A DNA stretch of 64,000 bases. Source: Octopus bimaculoides. Taxonomy: Eukaryota. Position 1 is the first letter of the stretch; the number at the start of each line of letters is the position of its first letter. Location: positions 54,932,050 through 54,996,049 of the forward strand of contig NC_068983.1 of the NCBI RefSeq assembly GCF_001194135.2, given 5' to 3'. A program made the position numbers and the translations under genes. Below the pieces are notes generated by a model. It made no database searches. It was not told where the DNA came from and saw only the letters and a list, made by a program, of their open reading frames with translations. This document shows, piece after piece, positions 1 to 13,154 of this stretch.

Positions 1-49
1 TAGCTGAATTTGCTAGCATTGTGCCAGAATTGGAAACCGTTATTCTTTC

Positions 50-437
50 ATTCTTTTATTCTTTTACTTGTTTCAGTCTTTGACTGCAACCATGTTGGAG
101 CACTGCCGTTAGTCGAACAAATCGACCCCAGGACTTATCCTTTGTAAGCCTGGTACTTATTCTATCGGTTGTTTTGCCAAACTGCTAAGTTACAGGGACA
201 TAAACACACCAACATTGGTAGTCAAGCAATGGTGGGGGGACAAACACAGACACACAAATGCATACATACATATATACGACGGGCTTCTTTCAGTTTTGGG
301 TTACCGAATGTACTCAGAAGGCTTTGGTTGACACAAGGCTATAGTAGAAAACACTTACCCAAGGTGCCATGCAGTGGGACTGAATCCAGAACCATGTGGT
401 TGGGAAACAAGCTTCTTACCACACAGCCACTTCTGCA
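50..437 (-). mobile_element. SINE family A (tRNA-derived, ~400 bp), near full length
   Basis: Reverse complement of the family seen at 24659-25068: head GGCTGTGTGGTAAG..GGGTTCAGTCCCACTG, internal microsatellite, tail GAAACAAGTAAAAG. Confidence 0.85.
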
Positions 438-447
438 TCATTATTTT

Positions 448-665
448 TATTTCTTTATTACCCACAGGGGGCTAAACATAGGGGGGACAAACAAGGGCAG
501 ACAGGGATTAAGTCGATTATATCGATCCTAGTGCGTAACTGGTACTTACTTAATCAACCCCGAAAGGATGAAAGGCAAAGTCGACCTCGGCGGAATTTGA
601 ACTCAGAACGTAATGGCAGACTAAATACCGCTAAGCATTTCGCCCGGCGTGCTAATGATTCTGCC
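448..665 (-). mobile_element. SINE family B, tail variant B1
   Basis: Head GGCAGAA..TTAGCACGCCGGGCG, B-box-like GAGTTCAAATTCC, core CCTTTCATCCTTTCGGGGT.GATAAATTAAGTACCAG, tail CAATAAAGAAATA. Confidence 0.85.
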
Positions 666-679
666 TATTATTATTTATT

Positions 680-958
680 GTCTTTGCACAGCTTCTAATG
701 CTGGAGATGTACTACGGTGTCAACCATTCACTACCAGTGAACTAAGGTAACACCTCCTTATTTTTTGAGCGCCATCCAGAGTATTCAAGCGGTTCCAAGC
801 AGTGCTATTTTCTGCAAGTGCTTCGCCCTTATTGTAGCCCCTATTTGTTCCATGTACTCCTCAAGATTTTTACTTATTGTTCCCAGGGCTCTGACAATTA
901 TTGGTACTGCTATCACCTTTTTCAGCGACCATAACTGCTTAACCTCCCAAGCTAACCT
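680..958 (-). mobile_element. 3' end of R4/Dong-like (RLE) non-LTR retrotransposon
   Basis: Minus strand reads RLAWEVKQLWSLKKVIAVPIIVRALGTISKNLEEYMEQIGATIRAKHLQKIALLGTA*ILWMALKK*, typical of the R4-clade C-terminus; flanked by TAA repeats. Confidence 0.75.
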
Positions 959-1609
959 ATTATTATTATTATTATTATTATTAGCAGCAGCAGCAATAGC
1001 ATCTGTCTTGGCATATTAAACCAAACTCCTAGCAATAATATTTGCTAATCTCGTGAAGGTGACTATAGGGTAAATAAATAAATAGAATTTTTTGTATATT
1101 TTTTTTTCTCTTTTATATGGAATGTGAAGAAAACCTTGCAAGTGAGAGGTATCTACCGTTTCATCTCAAGAATCCTGCCAGTGTGCAGAATTACATGTTT
1201 CAAGAAGTTAAAACCAGAGGAACTTCTAGACTACTCCTCTGCCTAATTGATATCAGTATTTGTTATTTTGTCAATGTGCCAATAATTATAGCCCAATTAA
1301 TTAGTGAGAAACAAATTGGAAGTGAAAGTTAATTTAACTTGCTTTCTTCATTTTCTTTTTTTTTTCATTTGTTTCTATGGCAGTGAATTTGGCATCAACC
1401 AATCAGAGTAGAGACTTGAGAAATAAGAGTATCTCTTATAGCATCTTATCTGATGCCTTGTTGATTTCCAGTTTAAGGAACGCAGCAGATGAGAAAGTCC
1501 CCTTAAGTGTTCATTGTTTATTACTGTTATTGTTTAGCTCCAGGTCATCCCTGATTGAGCAGAATTATGATTAAATGTGTTCCAGCTGTGGTACATCCCA
1601 CCTTTATAG

Positions 1610-1770
1610 ACGAGGCTCTGTGATTAAGTTTGCTTCCCAACCATGTGGTCTTCAGTTCAGTCCCACTGTGTACCACCTTGGACAAGTGTCTTCTACTATA
1701 GCACTGTACCAACCAAAGCCACGTGAGTGGATTTGGTGGACAGAAACTTGAAGAAGACTGTTGTATATAT
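1610..1770 (+). mobile_element. SINE family A, 5' half, diverged
   Basis: CCCAACCATGTGG..TTCAGTCCCACTG..CCTTGGACAAGTGTCTTCTACTATAGC..GAGTGGATTTGGT. Confidence 0.75.
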
Positions 1771-1794
1771 CGCTTTCTGTCTATCTTTGTCTGT

Positions 1795-2505
<711 letters not shown>

Positions 2506-2556
2506 AATAATAATAATAATAATACTTGCCGCCTTGTAGTAATAGTAGTAGTAGTA

Positions 2557-2609
<53 letters not shown>

Positions 2610-2634
2610 AGTAATAGTAATAATAATAATCATA

Positions 2635-2854
2635 ATCCTTTCTAATGGAAGCACGAGGCCTCAAATTTGGGGGAAGGGATTAAGTTGATCACTTCAACCC
2701 CAGTGCATAGCTGGTACTTATTTAATTGATCCCTTTCTGAAAGGATGAAAGGCAAAGTTGACCTCGGCAGAATTTGAACTCAGACTGTAAAGGCAGACGA
2801 AATACTGCTAAATATTTTGCCTGGCATGCTAATGATTCTGCCGGCTCACTGTCT
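2635..2854 (-). mobile_element. SINE family B, tail variant B2, in AAT repeats
   Basis: Same head/core as B1; sense 3' end GGCCTCGTGCTTCCATTAGAAAGGATTAT plus (ATT)n. Confidence 0.8.
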
Positions 2855-2907
2855 TGATATAATAATAATGATAATAATAACAACAACAATAATAATAATA
2901 ATAATAA

Positions 2908-3128
2908 TATTCTTTTCTACTCTAGGTGCAAGGCACGAAATTTTTGGGGAAGGGGCCAGTCGATTAGATTGACCCCAGTAGTAAACAACTGGTACTTAAT
3001 TTATCAACCCCGAAAGGACGAAAGGCAAAGTTGACCTTGGTAGAATTTGATCTCAGAATGTAACAGCAGATGAAATACCACTAAGCATTTCGCCCAGCGT
3101 ACTAATGATTCTGCCAGTTCGCAGCCTT
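2908..3128 (-). mobile_element. SINE family B2, ends 45 nt upstream of the PDE exon
   Basis: TTTTCTACTCTAGGTGCAAGG..GACCCCAG..CCCCGAAAGGACGAAAGGCAAAGTTGACC..CTGCCAGTTCGCAGCC. Confidence 0.85.
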
Positions 3129-3173
3129 GATATATTAATAATAATAATGATTGATATTTTATATTTATTTCAG

Positions 3174-3311
3174 GTTCTTCTTGACCTTGCACGGGTAATA
3201 TTTGAGGATCAACACACTGTGGCCAATTTAATCCACAAAATCATGATGCATACTCTGGCTCTACTCAAATGTGAAGTCTGTCAAGTGATGCTTGTCCAAG
3301 ACTGTTCTAAG
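3174..3311 (+). CDS. PDE11: Coding exon, PDE11-like phosphodiesterase, start of GAF-B domain (46 codons, phase 0-0)
   Basis: Acceptor ttatttcag, donor AAG|gtaagt. Translates VLLDLARVIFEDQHTVANLIHKIMMHTLALLKCEVCQVMLVQDCSK, matching the LLDLARxIFEEQ...CQ.LLV motif I recall from invertebrate PDE11 GAF-B. Confidence 0.9.
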
Positions 3312-3452
3312 GTAAGTGTCATCACTTTGAATATTAAAAGATACAAAGTTTGAACAAAAAGTAATGGGACTGTTGCTCCGATAACGGGGCTAAAGTATGT
3401 AGAGTGAAGCTGTTTGGCACAGTTTGACTTTGAACTCTGTTGCACTTACACA

Positions 3453-3770
3453 AATCATCATCATCAACATTGTTTAATGTCCGTTTTCCATGCTGGCATG
3501 GATTGGACGGTTTGACTGGGGTCAGGAAAGCCAGGAGGCTGCACCAGGTTCCAATCTGATCTGGCAATGTTTCTACAGCTGGATGCCCTTCCTAACGCCA
3601 ACCACTCCAAGGGTGTAGTGGGTGCTTTTTACGTGCCACCGGCACGGGCCACAGAAGGCTGGCATTGACCACGTTCAGATGGTGCTTTTTACGTGCCACT
3701 GGCAAGGGCGCCAGTCAAGGGAGTACTGGCATCGACCATGTTTGGATGGTGCTTTTTACGTGCCACCGAT
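3453..3770 (-). mobile_element. RTE LINE 3' end (family D), 5'-truncated, three hairpin modules
   Basis: CATCAT tail then GTTTAATGTCCGTTTTCCATGC..CTACAGCTGGATGCCCTTCCTAACGCCAACCAC..GGTGCTTTTACGTGCCAC; same 3' end follows the RTE ORF at 59819-60108. Confidence 0.85.
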
Positions 3771-3963
3771 TCAATATTCTTACTCACTTCTTTTGCTTAT
3801 NNNNNNNNNNNNNNNNNNNNNNNNNNNNNNNNNNNNNNNNNNNNNNNNNNNNNNNNNGAAATAAAGTGTGTAGTGTGTGGTCATCTCAAAAAAAGAACGG
3901 TCATGTTTCAGCTGTGCAAGATCGCTTTGATTTTGTCAAAGAAGATAGAAACCTTTTGATAAA

Positions 3964-4192
3964 GGCGGCGAGCTGCCAGAAACATAAACATGCCGGGCGA
4001 AATGCTTAGTGGTATTTCATCTGTCTTTATGTTCTGAGTTCAAATTCCTCCAAGGTTGACTTTGCCCTTCATCCTTTTGGGATCGATAAAGTACCAATTA
4101 CACACTGGGGTCGATGTAATCGACTTAATCCCTTTGCCTGTCCTTGTTTGTCCCCTCTATGTTAAGCCCCTTGTGAGCAATAAAGAAATAAG
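3964..4192 (+). mobile_element. SINE family B1, abutting a family A 3' half
   Basis: GGCGGCGAGCTGCCAGAAAC..GAGTTCAAATTCC..CAATAAAGAAATAAG followed by AAACTGAAAGAAGCCC of family A. Confidence 0.85.
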
Positions 4193-6124
4193 AAACTGAA
4201 AGAAGCCCTTCATATATGTGTATGTATATGTGTGTGTGTTTGTCACTCCACCACTGCTTGACGACCAGTGTTGGTCCTTGTAGCGTAACAGTTTTGCAAA
4301 AGGGATCGATTGAATAAATAGCAGGCTTAAAAAAAAAAGTACTGGGGTTGATTCATTCAATTAAAAATTCTTCAAGGCTGTGCTCCAGCATGGCCACAAT
4401 ATGTGTTTGAGAAGGAGGCCCATCAAGCCAAGTGAAATCGTAGTCATGGCAAGTACTAGTGTGATGCAACTAGCACCTGTGCCAGTGCCAGTCAAAAGCA
4501 CCCATTATACTCCCAGAGTGGTTGGTGTTAGGAAGGGCATCTAGCTGTAGAAATCATGCCAAATCAGATTGGAGCCTGGTGCAGCCCTTGTCAAATTGTC
4601 CAACCCTTGTCACCATGGGCAACGGACATTAAATGATAATGATGATGACTTGTATTTTGTCGAAATACAACAGCAAAGCATCATTTAACAATTCTTATTT
4701 AAGTCTGCCGAAACATATTAATTAAGTATGAATATGTGATTGTTTTGATTCTCACTACTCTCTGTGCCCATGATAATTTATTATTGGTCTGGCAGACATC
4801 AGCAAATAATTGGTTTGCTGATTTCTTTAAACAAGAACCTCCACTCTTGTTTAAAATTGTTGATCTGGATGTAACTATGACTGAAGAGACACAACCAAGT
4901 TGAAACACCAGTGTCTGAAAGTCTCCTTATGTTGGTGGCTTGATAGTGTTGTCAGCAGGCATTATCTGAAAGGAGGTGTTTTCTGATGATCAAATACAAC
5001 AATTAACATTTTCATGTTCTGGAATTTATTAAAAACGGATGTGTATACCATCATTTTGATCCTCACTTTTCTTTCTGCACATAATAATTTATTATCCATT
5101 TAGCAGTTATCAGCAAATAATTTGCTTACTGATTTTTATAAAAAAAAGAACCATCACTCTTGTGTAGATCATTGATCTGGGTGTAGCTTTGACTGAAGTG
5201 ATACCATCAGGCTGAAACATGAGTGCCTCATTCTTTACATCAATAACCAAGTGTATTATGATCACACATTGTCTGAAAGAAGGTGTTCCTGAATGATGAA
5301 ATACAGCAGTGATTAACATATTCATCTTCACTCAGATACAATCTTTCTTAAAAAAACAAATCTTCAGTTTCTTAATCTTCAGTATATCTAACATTTATAG
5401 GTAAATCATTGGTTATCTTTAATTATCTTCCCAGCAAGATTTATAAATATCAGCTATTGTAATTCATTTTTTTACTCTAAGCTGTTTTCACTCAGATGCT
5501 AGTTAGTCACAGATGATAATAACCAAATGTTATTTAGACCCAGTTGCTGCTAACTAAACTTGCTAAGCCTTTTTGCTGTGTTATGTTTTTATTTTTTCTT
5601 GTCCGTGACATTTTATGAAATTACAAATACCTCCAGTTCATTTTCAATGTGAAAAGGTTAATGGGTTCAAATAACAGTAATGATAAATTTCATGATTATA
5701 TGCAAACTGAGATTGCCATGCGGTTGTTTATTTAATGAACAGTTAATATCTTCATAAAGGTCAACAGGTCAACAAGAAAGAAAACATGATATGCAAATTT
5801 TTTACTCAATGTCCATAATAAATACACGTTCACTTGGAAATATTCTGATAATAGATTATCAATTTATGTAAATGAATCATAACTTCCGGAATCTTTATGA
5901 TTATCATCATCTCTATTCAACATCTGTTTTTCCATGCTTGCATGGGTCACACAATTTGTTGAAGCAGATTTTCTTCAGCTGAATGCCTTTCTTGTCACCA
6001 ACTCTTACCTGCTTCCAAGAAAGGTAATATTTTCCATGGAAGTCTGGAAATGACTGTCATCAGTTGTATGATGGTAATTCTCATCTACAGCCATCACAGG
6101 ATGTCAAAATAAACACACACACAT

Positions 6125-6159
<35 letters not shown>

Positions 6160-6355
6160 TGTATACACATATCATCAGCATCTTCTACATCATCATTTAA
6201 TGTCCACTTTTCCATGTCTGCATGCGTTAAACGGAATTTATTGAGGCAGATTTTCTATAGCTGGTTGCTCATCCTGTCACCCACCCTCACCTGTTTCCAG
6301 GCAAGGTAATATTAATGAAATTTATGATATAATTTCATCTTCCTTTGTCGTACCA

Positions 6356-6746
6356 GGCGCAGGAGCGGCTGTGTGGCAAGTAGCTTGCTTCCCAACCACA
6401 TTGTTCTGGGTTCAGTCTCACTGCGTGGCACTTTGGGCAAATGCCTTCTACTATAGCCTCGGGCCGACCAAAGCCTTGTGAATTGATTTGGTAGACGGAA
6501 ACTGAATAAAGCTCGTCATATATAGTGAGCTGAAACTAGATAAAATGAAAATGAAAATATGTTTGTGTGTCTGTGTTTGTCCCCCCGACATCGCTTGACA
6601 ACTGATGCTGGTGTGTTTACGTCCCTGTAACTTAGTGGCTCGGTAAAAGAGACTGATAGAATAAGTACTAGGCCTACAAAGAATAAGTCCTGGGATTGAT
6701 TTGCTCAAGTAAAGGCAGTGCTCCAGCATGGCCGCAGTCAAATGAC
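6356..6746 (+). mobile_element. SINE family A, near full length
   Basis: GGCGCAGGAGCGGCTGTGTGGCAAG..GGGTTCAGTCTCACTG..GCTCCAGCATGGCCGCAGTCAAATGAC. Confidence 0.88.
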
Positions 6747-6899
6747 AAACAAATACACACACATATATATATATATACACACACATACACCTATACATAC
6801 ATACACATATACATATGCAACACATGGCAAGCTTCTTCCAGTTTCCATCTACCGACCCCACTTGAAAGACTTTGGTTAGCCTGGAGTTATAATAAAGAA

Positions 6900-7135
6900 A
6901 GGTAAAGGTTACCTTCTTGATTCATGCTGAGTCATAAGGGCTGGTTTCCATGCCATATAAATTCCCCACCTGGATGGGACACTGGTCCATCACAGGATTA
7001 TTTATTTTCGTCAGCCGAGTGGACTGGAGCAGCATGAAATGAAGTGTTTTGCTCAAGAACACAACACGTCACCTGGTCTAAGAATTGAAACCACCACCTT
7101 ATGATCCAGAGTCCTACATTTTAACTGCTAATCCA
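6900..7135 (-). mobile_element. SINE family F (tRNA head plus CORE-like TGTTCTTGAGCAAAACACTTCATTTCA segment)
   Basis: Homologous segments at about 32950-33100 and 56330-56490. Confidence 0.6.
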
Positions 7136-8685
7136 CAGGAGCTATAGAAGAAGGCTTGCCCAAAGTGGCATGGATTGAGTTTGAACTTGAGACGATATGG
7201 TTGGAAAGCAAGCTTCTCAACCTCACAGTCATACATGTGATATCTTGTTAACAAATACACATGGCTCCATGGTGTGAATGAAGTGTGTTTAGTATATTAC
7301 TTGTATATCTATTTCAGAGAAATGTATGTCATTGTACTTGACTTACATTTCTTTGCGCATTAGTAGTGTCACATGTGGACACATGTTAAAAAGGAATAGT
7401 TTTATTACGTTGTAAATTAAGCAACAAATTTATAAAAATGGATTTGATTAATGATGGAAGAATGCCATTGGAATAATAATAAAATAAGAATATAAAGAAG
7501 TATGCAAAAAAAAAAAAAGAAGAAGAGATGTTGAGATTGCAGTGATTTATAAGATGGAGCAAATTAATTGTAGAAGAACAATATATATGAAAGAACAGTC
7601 TGCTCTGATGAAAGAATTCGTTAATGTGAGGCAGTATTAATGAACTCTGCCTCTCAGCTGCAAAAAAAGAAAAAGAAGAAAAGAAAGAAAAAGAGCAAGA
7701 CAAAAATATTAGCAGAGTTTTACCTACTTTTTCATCAATCACCATTATTAGCAGAGATTAACTGTGGAGTTATAGGATTATAATTGCATTTTCTTTGAGA
7801 AATGTTGGCATGTCATAGCATTACCAGACTTTCTTTTAATGAGCTCTCCTGGAAATATTGGCAAAAGTGGATGAAAGCAACATAATTAGAATGGAGACAA
7901 GCAATAATGGGGTAAAGTGAAAAGCTCACTCGGCTTTTCTGAATTACGGAAATGAATAAGTAAATTCTTCAAAATAAATAAATCATATTCTGTTTCTGCT
8001 ATGTTGTTTTATTCATTATTTTATCTTTTTCAAAACAAACTTCTCCTGTACCTTCCTTCTAACTTAGTTTTTTTTTTTTTTACTTCTTTTCCTTCTTCAA
8101 AAATGTCTTTGGATTTCTCTATTTTAAACGTTAAAGATATTCTGATTGTGCTTCTGTACCGATCACCATTTTCTTTTCTTTTTCTTTTCTTCAAAATGTG
8201 TTTCTTTTTTCCCTATCCTAAATTTCTTTGAGAAAAAAAAATTTTTTTTTACAATTCTGAAATCTCTGAAATTCAAAACTTTGAGATCCAAATACTGTTC
8301 TTTTATCTTTCATCAATCATTTTACTGTGGCCATGCTGGGGCACTACCTCGAAGGGTTTTAGNNNNNNNNNNNNNNNNNNNNNNNNNNNNNNNNNNNNNN
8401 NNNNNNNNNNNNNNNNNNNNNNNNNNNNNNNNNNNNNNNNNNNNNNNNNNNNNNNNNNNNNNNNNNNNNNNNNNNNNNNNNNNNNNNNNNNNNNNNNNNN
8501 NNNNNNNNNNNNNNNNNNNNNNNNNNNNNNNNNNNNNNNNNNNNNNNNNNNNNNNNNNNNNNNNNNNNNNNNNNNNNNNNNNNNNNNNNNNNNNNNNNNN
8601 NNNNNNNNNNNNNNNNNNNNNNNNNNNNNNNNNNNNNNNNNNNNNNNNNNNNNNNNNNNNNNNNNNNNNNNNNNNNNNNNNNNNN

Positions 8686-8729
<44 letters not shown>

Positions 8730-8904
8730 CAGAGGCTTCTTTCAGTTTCTGTCTACCAAATCCACTCACTAGGCTTTGGTCAGATTGAGGTCAGATTGAA
8801 GGTGCCACACAGTGAAACTGAACCTGGAACCATGTGGTTGGGAAGCAAGCTTCTTACCACACAGTCATGCCTGTGCCTGAATTTTTTTTTTTTCAAATGA
8901 TAAT

Positions 8905-9345
8905 TCAGGAAAGCCAAGCTGGATTTTTACATTCTTTGGGTTTGACAGTTTGACCAGGACTTGGTAAGCTGGAAGGCTGCACCAGACTCTGCTCTGATTT
9001 GTCATAGATTTTCTATGGCTGGATGCCTTGCCTAACGCCAAACACTCTGAAAGTGTAATGGGTGCTTTTACGTGCCACCTGCATGGGTGCCATTTGCGTG
9101 ACACCAGTCTCTGCCATGACTATGATTTTGCTCAGCTTTATGGGTCTTCTTCTCAAGCACAACATAATGCCAAAAGCCTTGGTCATTTCCTCTGTGGGGC
9201 TCAACGCTTGAAAGGAACTCAGCCACTTTACCTCTGTGAGGCTCAACACTCGAAGGACCTCAGCCAATTTTCCTCCATGAGGCCCAATGCTCGAAAGGAA
9301 TTTAGCCACTTTGCCCCTGTGAGGCCCAATGCTCAAAAGGAACTC
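8905..9345 (-). mobile_element. RTE 3'-end derivative (family D) with ~41-bp tandem repeats
   Basis: D core at 8960-9080; about four copies of CCTCTGTGAGGCCCAATGCTCGAAAGGAACTCAGCCACTTT at 9185-9345. Confidence 0.75.
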
Positions 9346-10264
9346 AATATATATATATATACATATATATANNNNNNNNNNNNNNNNNNNNNNNNNNNNN
9401 NNNNNNNNNNNNNNNNNNNNNNNNNNNNNNNNNNNNNNNNNNNNNNNNNNNNNNNNNNNNNNNNNNNNNNNNNNNNNNNNNNNNNNNNNNNNNNNNNNNN
9501 NNNNNNNNNNNNNNNNNNNNNNNNNNNNNNNNNNNNNNNNNNNNNNNNNNNNNNNNNNNNNNNNNNNNNNNNNNNNNNNNNNNNNNNNNNNNNNNNNNNN
9601 NNNNNNNNNNNNNNNNNNNNNNNNNNNNNNNNNNNNNNNNNNNNNNNNNNNNNNNNNNNNNNNNNNNNNNNNNNNNNNNNNNNNNNNNNNNNNNNNNNNN
9701 NNNNNNNNNNNNNNNNNNNNNNNNNNNNNNNNNNNNNNNNNNNNNNNNNNNNNNNNNNNNNNNNNNNNNNNNNNNNNNNNNNNNNNNNNNNNNNNNNNNN
9801 NNNNNNNNNNNNNNNNNNNNNNNNNNNNNNNNNNNNNNNNNNNNNNNNNNNNNNNNNNNNNNNNNNNNNNNNNNNNNNNNNNNNNNNNNNNNNNNNNNNN
9901 NNNNNNNNNNNNNNNNNNNNNNNNNNNNNNNNNNNNNNNNNNNNNNNNNNNNNNNNNNNNNNNNNNNNNNNNNNNNNNNNNNNNNNNNNNNNNNNNNNNN
10001 NNNNNNNNNNNNNNNNNNNNNNNNNNNNNNNNNNNNNNNNNNNNNNNNNNNNNNNNNNNNNNNNNNNNNNNNNNNNNNNNNNNNNNNNNNNNNNNNNNNN
10101 NNNNNNNNNNNNNNNNNNNNNNNNNNNNNNNNNNNNNNNNNNNNNNNNNNNNNNNNNNNNNNNNNNNNNNNNNNNNNNNNNNNNNNNNNNNNNNNNNNNN
10201 NNNNNNNNNNNNNNNNNNNNNNNNNNNNNNNNNNNNNNNNNNNNNNNNNNNNNNNNNNNNNNNN

Positions 10265-10299
<35 letters not shown>

Positions 10300-11073
10300 G
10301 CGTGTCTGTTACACCGTAAGTTACATGTCTGGTTGTAGGACAACATGACACTGTTTAGAAACAGGTGTGGGCTGGTGAGAGGCAGGGATATTCAACCACA
10401 GAAAATCTGCCTTAGTGAATTCCATCTGATCCATACAAGCATAGAAAAGTGGGTGTTAAATGATGGCGATGATGTGGAGTTGTTTCATTTTTAGAAAATC
10501 TATTTCTTTATCAGAATTATTTTGCAATGTCATCCTTTTATAATTATATCAAATTCACTCGAGAATTATACTTTGTTCGTTATTCTCTAATTACATATCC
10601 AAATATTTAAGACTAGCTACTTTTCTATTAAGAGGAAAATTGATATTTTCACTTCAAACATTTTCGTTTTTATTTCATTTTATTGGGAACAAAGAACCAA
10701 TATTTTTATGGTACAAGATGGCATTCTATGACATTAGCAGCATAATTGTAGCCAGAACAAATATTTCAATCGTTAACCAAAACTTGTTTGATTAATCAGA
10801 AACTTACTTCAGTCTTTGCGACATACCTCTCCTCATCATCATCATCGTTATCGTCATCATCATCATCTTCATCATCATCAACATCAATCCACTGTCTGTT
10901 TGTCCATGCCTGCGTGCATCAGATGGATTTCATTGAGGCAGATTTTTCCCTAACTGGATGCTCTTCTTGGTCCTAACCCTCATCTTTTGTCGAAGCAAAG
11001 TAATATACCCTCAAGGCCAAACATCTTTTCTATGAAGACTGCAAATGAACAACACTGCTTGTATGGCTGGTAT

Positions 11074-11465
11074 ACTCTTACTGTTTTACTTGTTTCATTC
11101 ATTTGATTGTGGCCATGCTGGAGCACTACCTTTAGTCAAGCAAATTGACCCCGGGACTTATTCTTTGTAAGCCTAGTACTTATTCTATCGGTCTCTTTTG
11201 CCAAACCGCTAAGTTACGGGGACATAAACACACCAGCATCGGTTGTCAAGCAATGCTAGGGCACAAACACAAACACACACACACAAACACATATATATAC
11301 ATATATACGATGGGCTTTCAGTTTCCATCTACCAAATCCACTCACAAGGCTTTGGTCGACCTGAGGCTATAGTAGAAGACACTTGCCCAAGATGCCACGC
11401 AGTGGGACTGAACCCGGAACCATGTGGTTGGTAAGCAAGCTACTTATCACACAGCCACTCCTATG
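11074..11465 (-). mobile_element. SINE family A, full length
   Basis: Complete colinear match to the family A copy at 24659-25068. Confidence 0.9.
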
Positions 11466-11521
11466 CTCATTTACAACCATCATGTGATGTCAAGAGAAGG
11501 GTATAGACAAATACAAAGATG

Positions 11522-11611
<90 letters not shown>

Positions 11612-12540
11612 TTGTACACCTGATAGGCTTCTTTTAGTTTCCTATTACCAATTCACTCACAAGGCTTTGGTTAGCTGGGTCTATAGTAAAAGACACTTGC
11701 CCATGCAGTGGGACTGCCTGAGACTTCTTGGTTGAGAGGTGAGCTTCTTAATCTCACAGTAACTCCTACGGATAGTATTGTTATTATAGACAATAATGTT
11801 ATACTCTGCAATGACTGTTATAAAATATAATACTGCATTTGTATAAAACTTACAGTACAGTCCTTTGCTCTACTAACTGAACTATCAAATATCTCCTCTA
11901 TGGTCTTGCAAGTTACTTGGAAACCCTGCTGGTGCTGGTGCCACCAAAAAGCACCTAGTACACTCTGTTAACTGGTTGGTGTTAGGAAGGTCATCCAGCT
12001 GTAGAAACTATATGAAAACAGAAACTGGAGTCTGGTGCAGTTCTCCAGCTTACCAATACCTGTCAAACTGTCTTACCCATGCCAGCAGGGAAAACAAACA
12101 TTAAATGATGATGATGATGATATGTAAATTTCACTCATTTTAACAAATATTTTTACTATTACATTTGATTTAAGTTTCATATATTTGTTGATAAATTTTG
12201 TTTGTTTTAGGCAACCCAAATGTTAAAATGTCTGTTTTGAATTTTAGCCAATTTATAATTATATTTCTGGTAGATTTATTTAAAGAACAAATTAATCAGG
12301 ATATTTGGCTTAGATTGAGAAAAGTAATTATTATAATAAGATACACATCATCATTGTCGTCATCCTTTTTTACATCTAATTTTCCGTGCTTGCATGGGTC
12401 AGATGAGAATATGTTGGATCAATTCCTTTTTTATGGCTGAGTGCCTTTCTTCTCACCACAGGAAATATATAAATGGATGATATTAGAATCAGAAATACAT
12501 CTGTTTTAGATATTTTAATGTTATATGTATTTTATTTTCA

Positions 12541-12900
12541 GATCATCATCATCGTTTAACGTCCGTTTTCCATGCTAGCATGGGTTGGATGGTTTCATTA
12601 GGGACTGGCAAGCCAGTAGGCTGCACCAGGCTCCAATCTAATCTGGCAAGGTTTCTACAGCTGGATGCCCTTCCTTATGCCAACCACTCCAAGAGTGTAG
12701 TGGGTGCTTTTTATGTGCTACCGGCACAAGAGCCAGTCAGGGCAGAGGTGCTGGCATTGACCACGTTCAGATGGTGTGTTTTACGTGCCACTGGCATAGG
12801 GAGCCAGTCAGGCGATGCTGGCAGCAACTTATACTCAAATGGTGTTTATTTCGTGCCACCAGCACGGATGCCAGTCAGGCGGCACTAGCATCTGCCACGA
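12541..12900 (-). mobile_element. RTE 3' end (family D), 3-4 hairpin modules
   Basis: CATCATCATCGTTTAACGTCCG..GGATGCCCTTCC..repeated GGTG.TTTT.CGTGCCAC modules. Confidence 0.85.
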
Positions 12901-13154
12901 CTACAATTTTCATTTTGATTTTGATTTAAAAAAAATTTTTTATTTTTTTATTTTACTTGACACAATAGGTCTTCTCAAGCGCAGCATATCGCCCAATAAT
13001 TCAAGGGTACTTTTAAATGGGCTGTTTATGTGACACTGGTATAAGTTACGGCTGTGATCTCACTTTACTTGCCAGGTCTTCTCAATCACAGCTGGGAATG
13101 AAACATTATATTGTCTTTTGTAAAATGAAATATTAAACTGTCTTTTGTATAAAA

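Noticed and set aside
9028-10351. Long ORFs of 330-440 aa, and similar ones at 8146, 27380, 33338, 36588 and 45533
   Set aside because: Length comes from N gaps translated as X.
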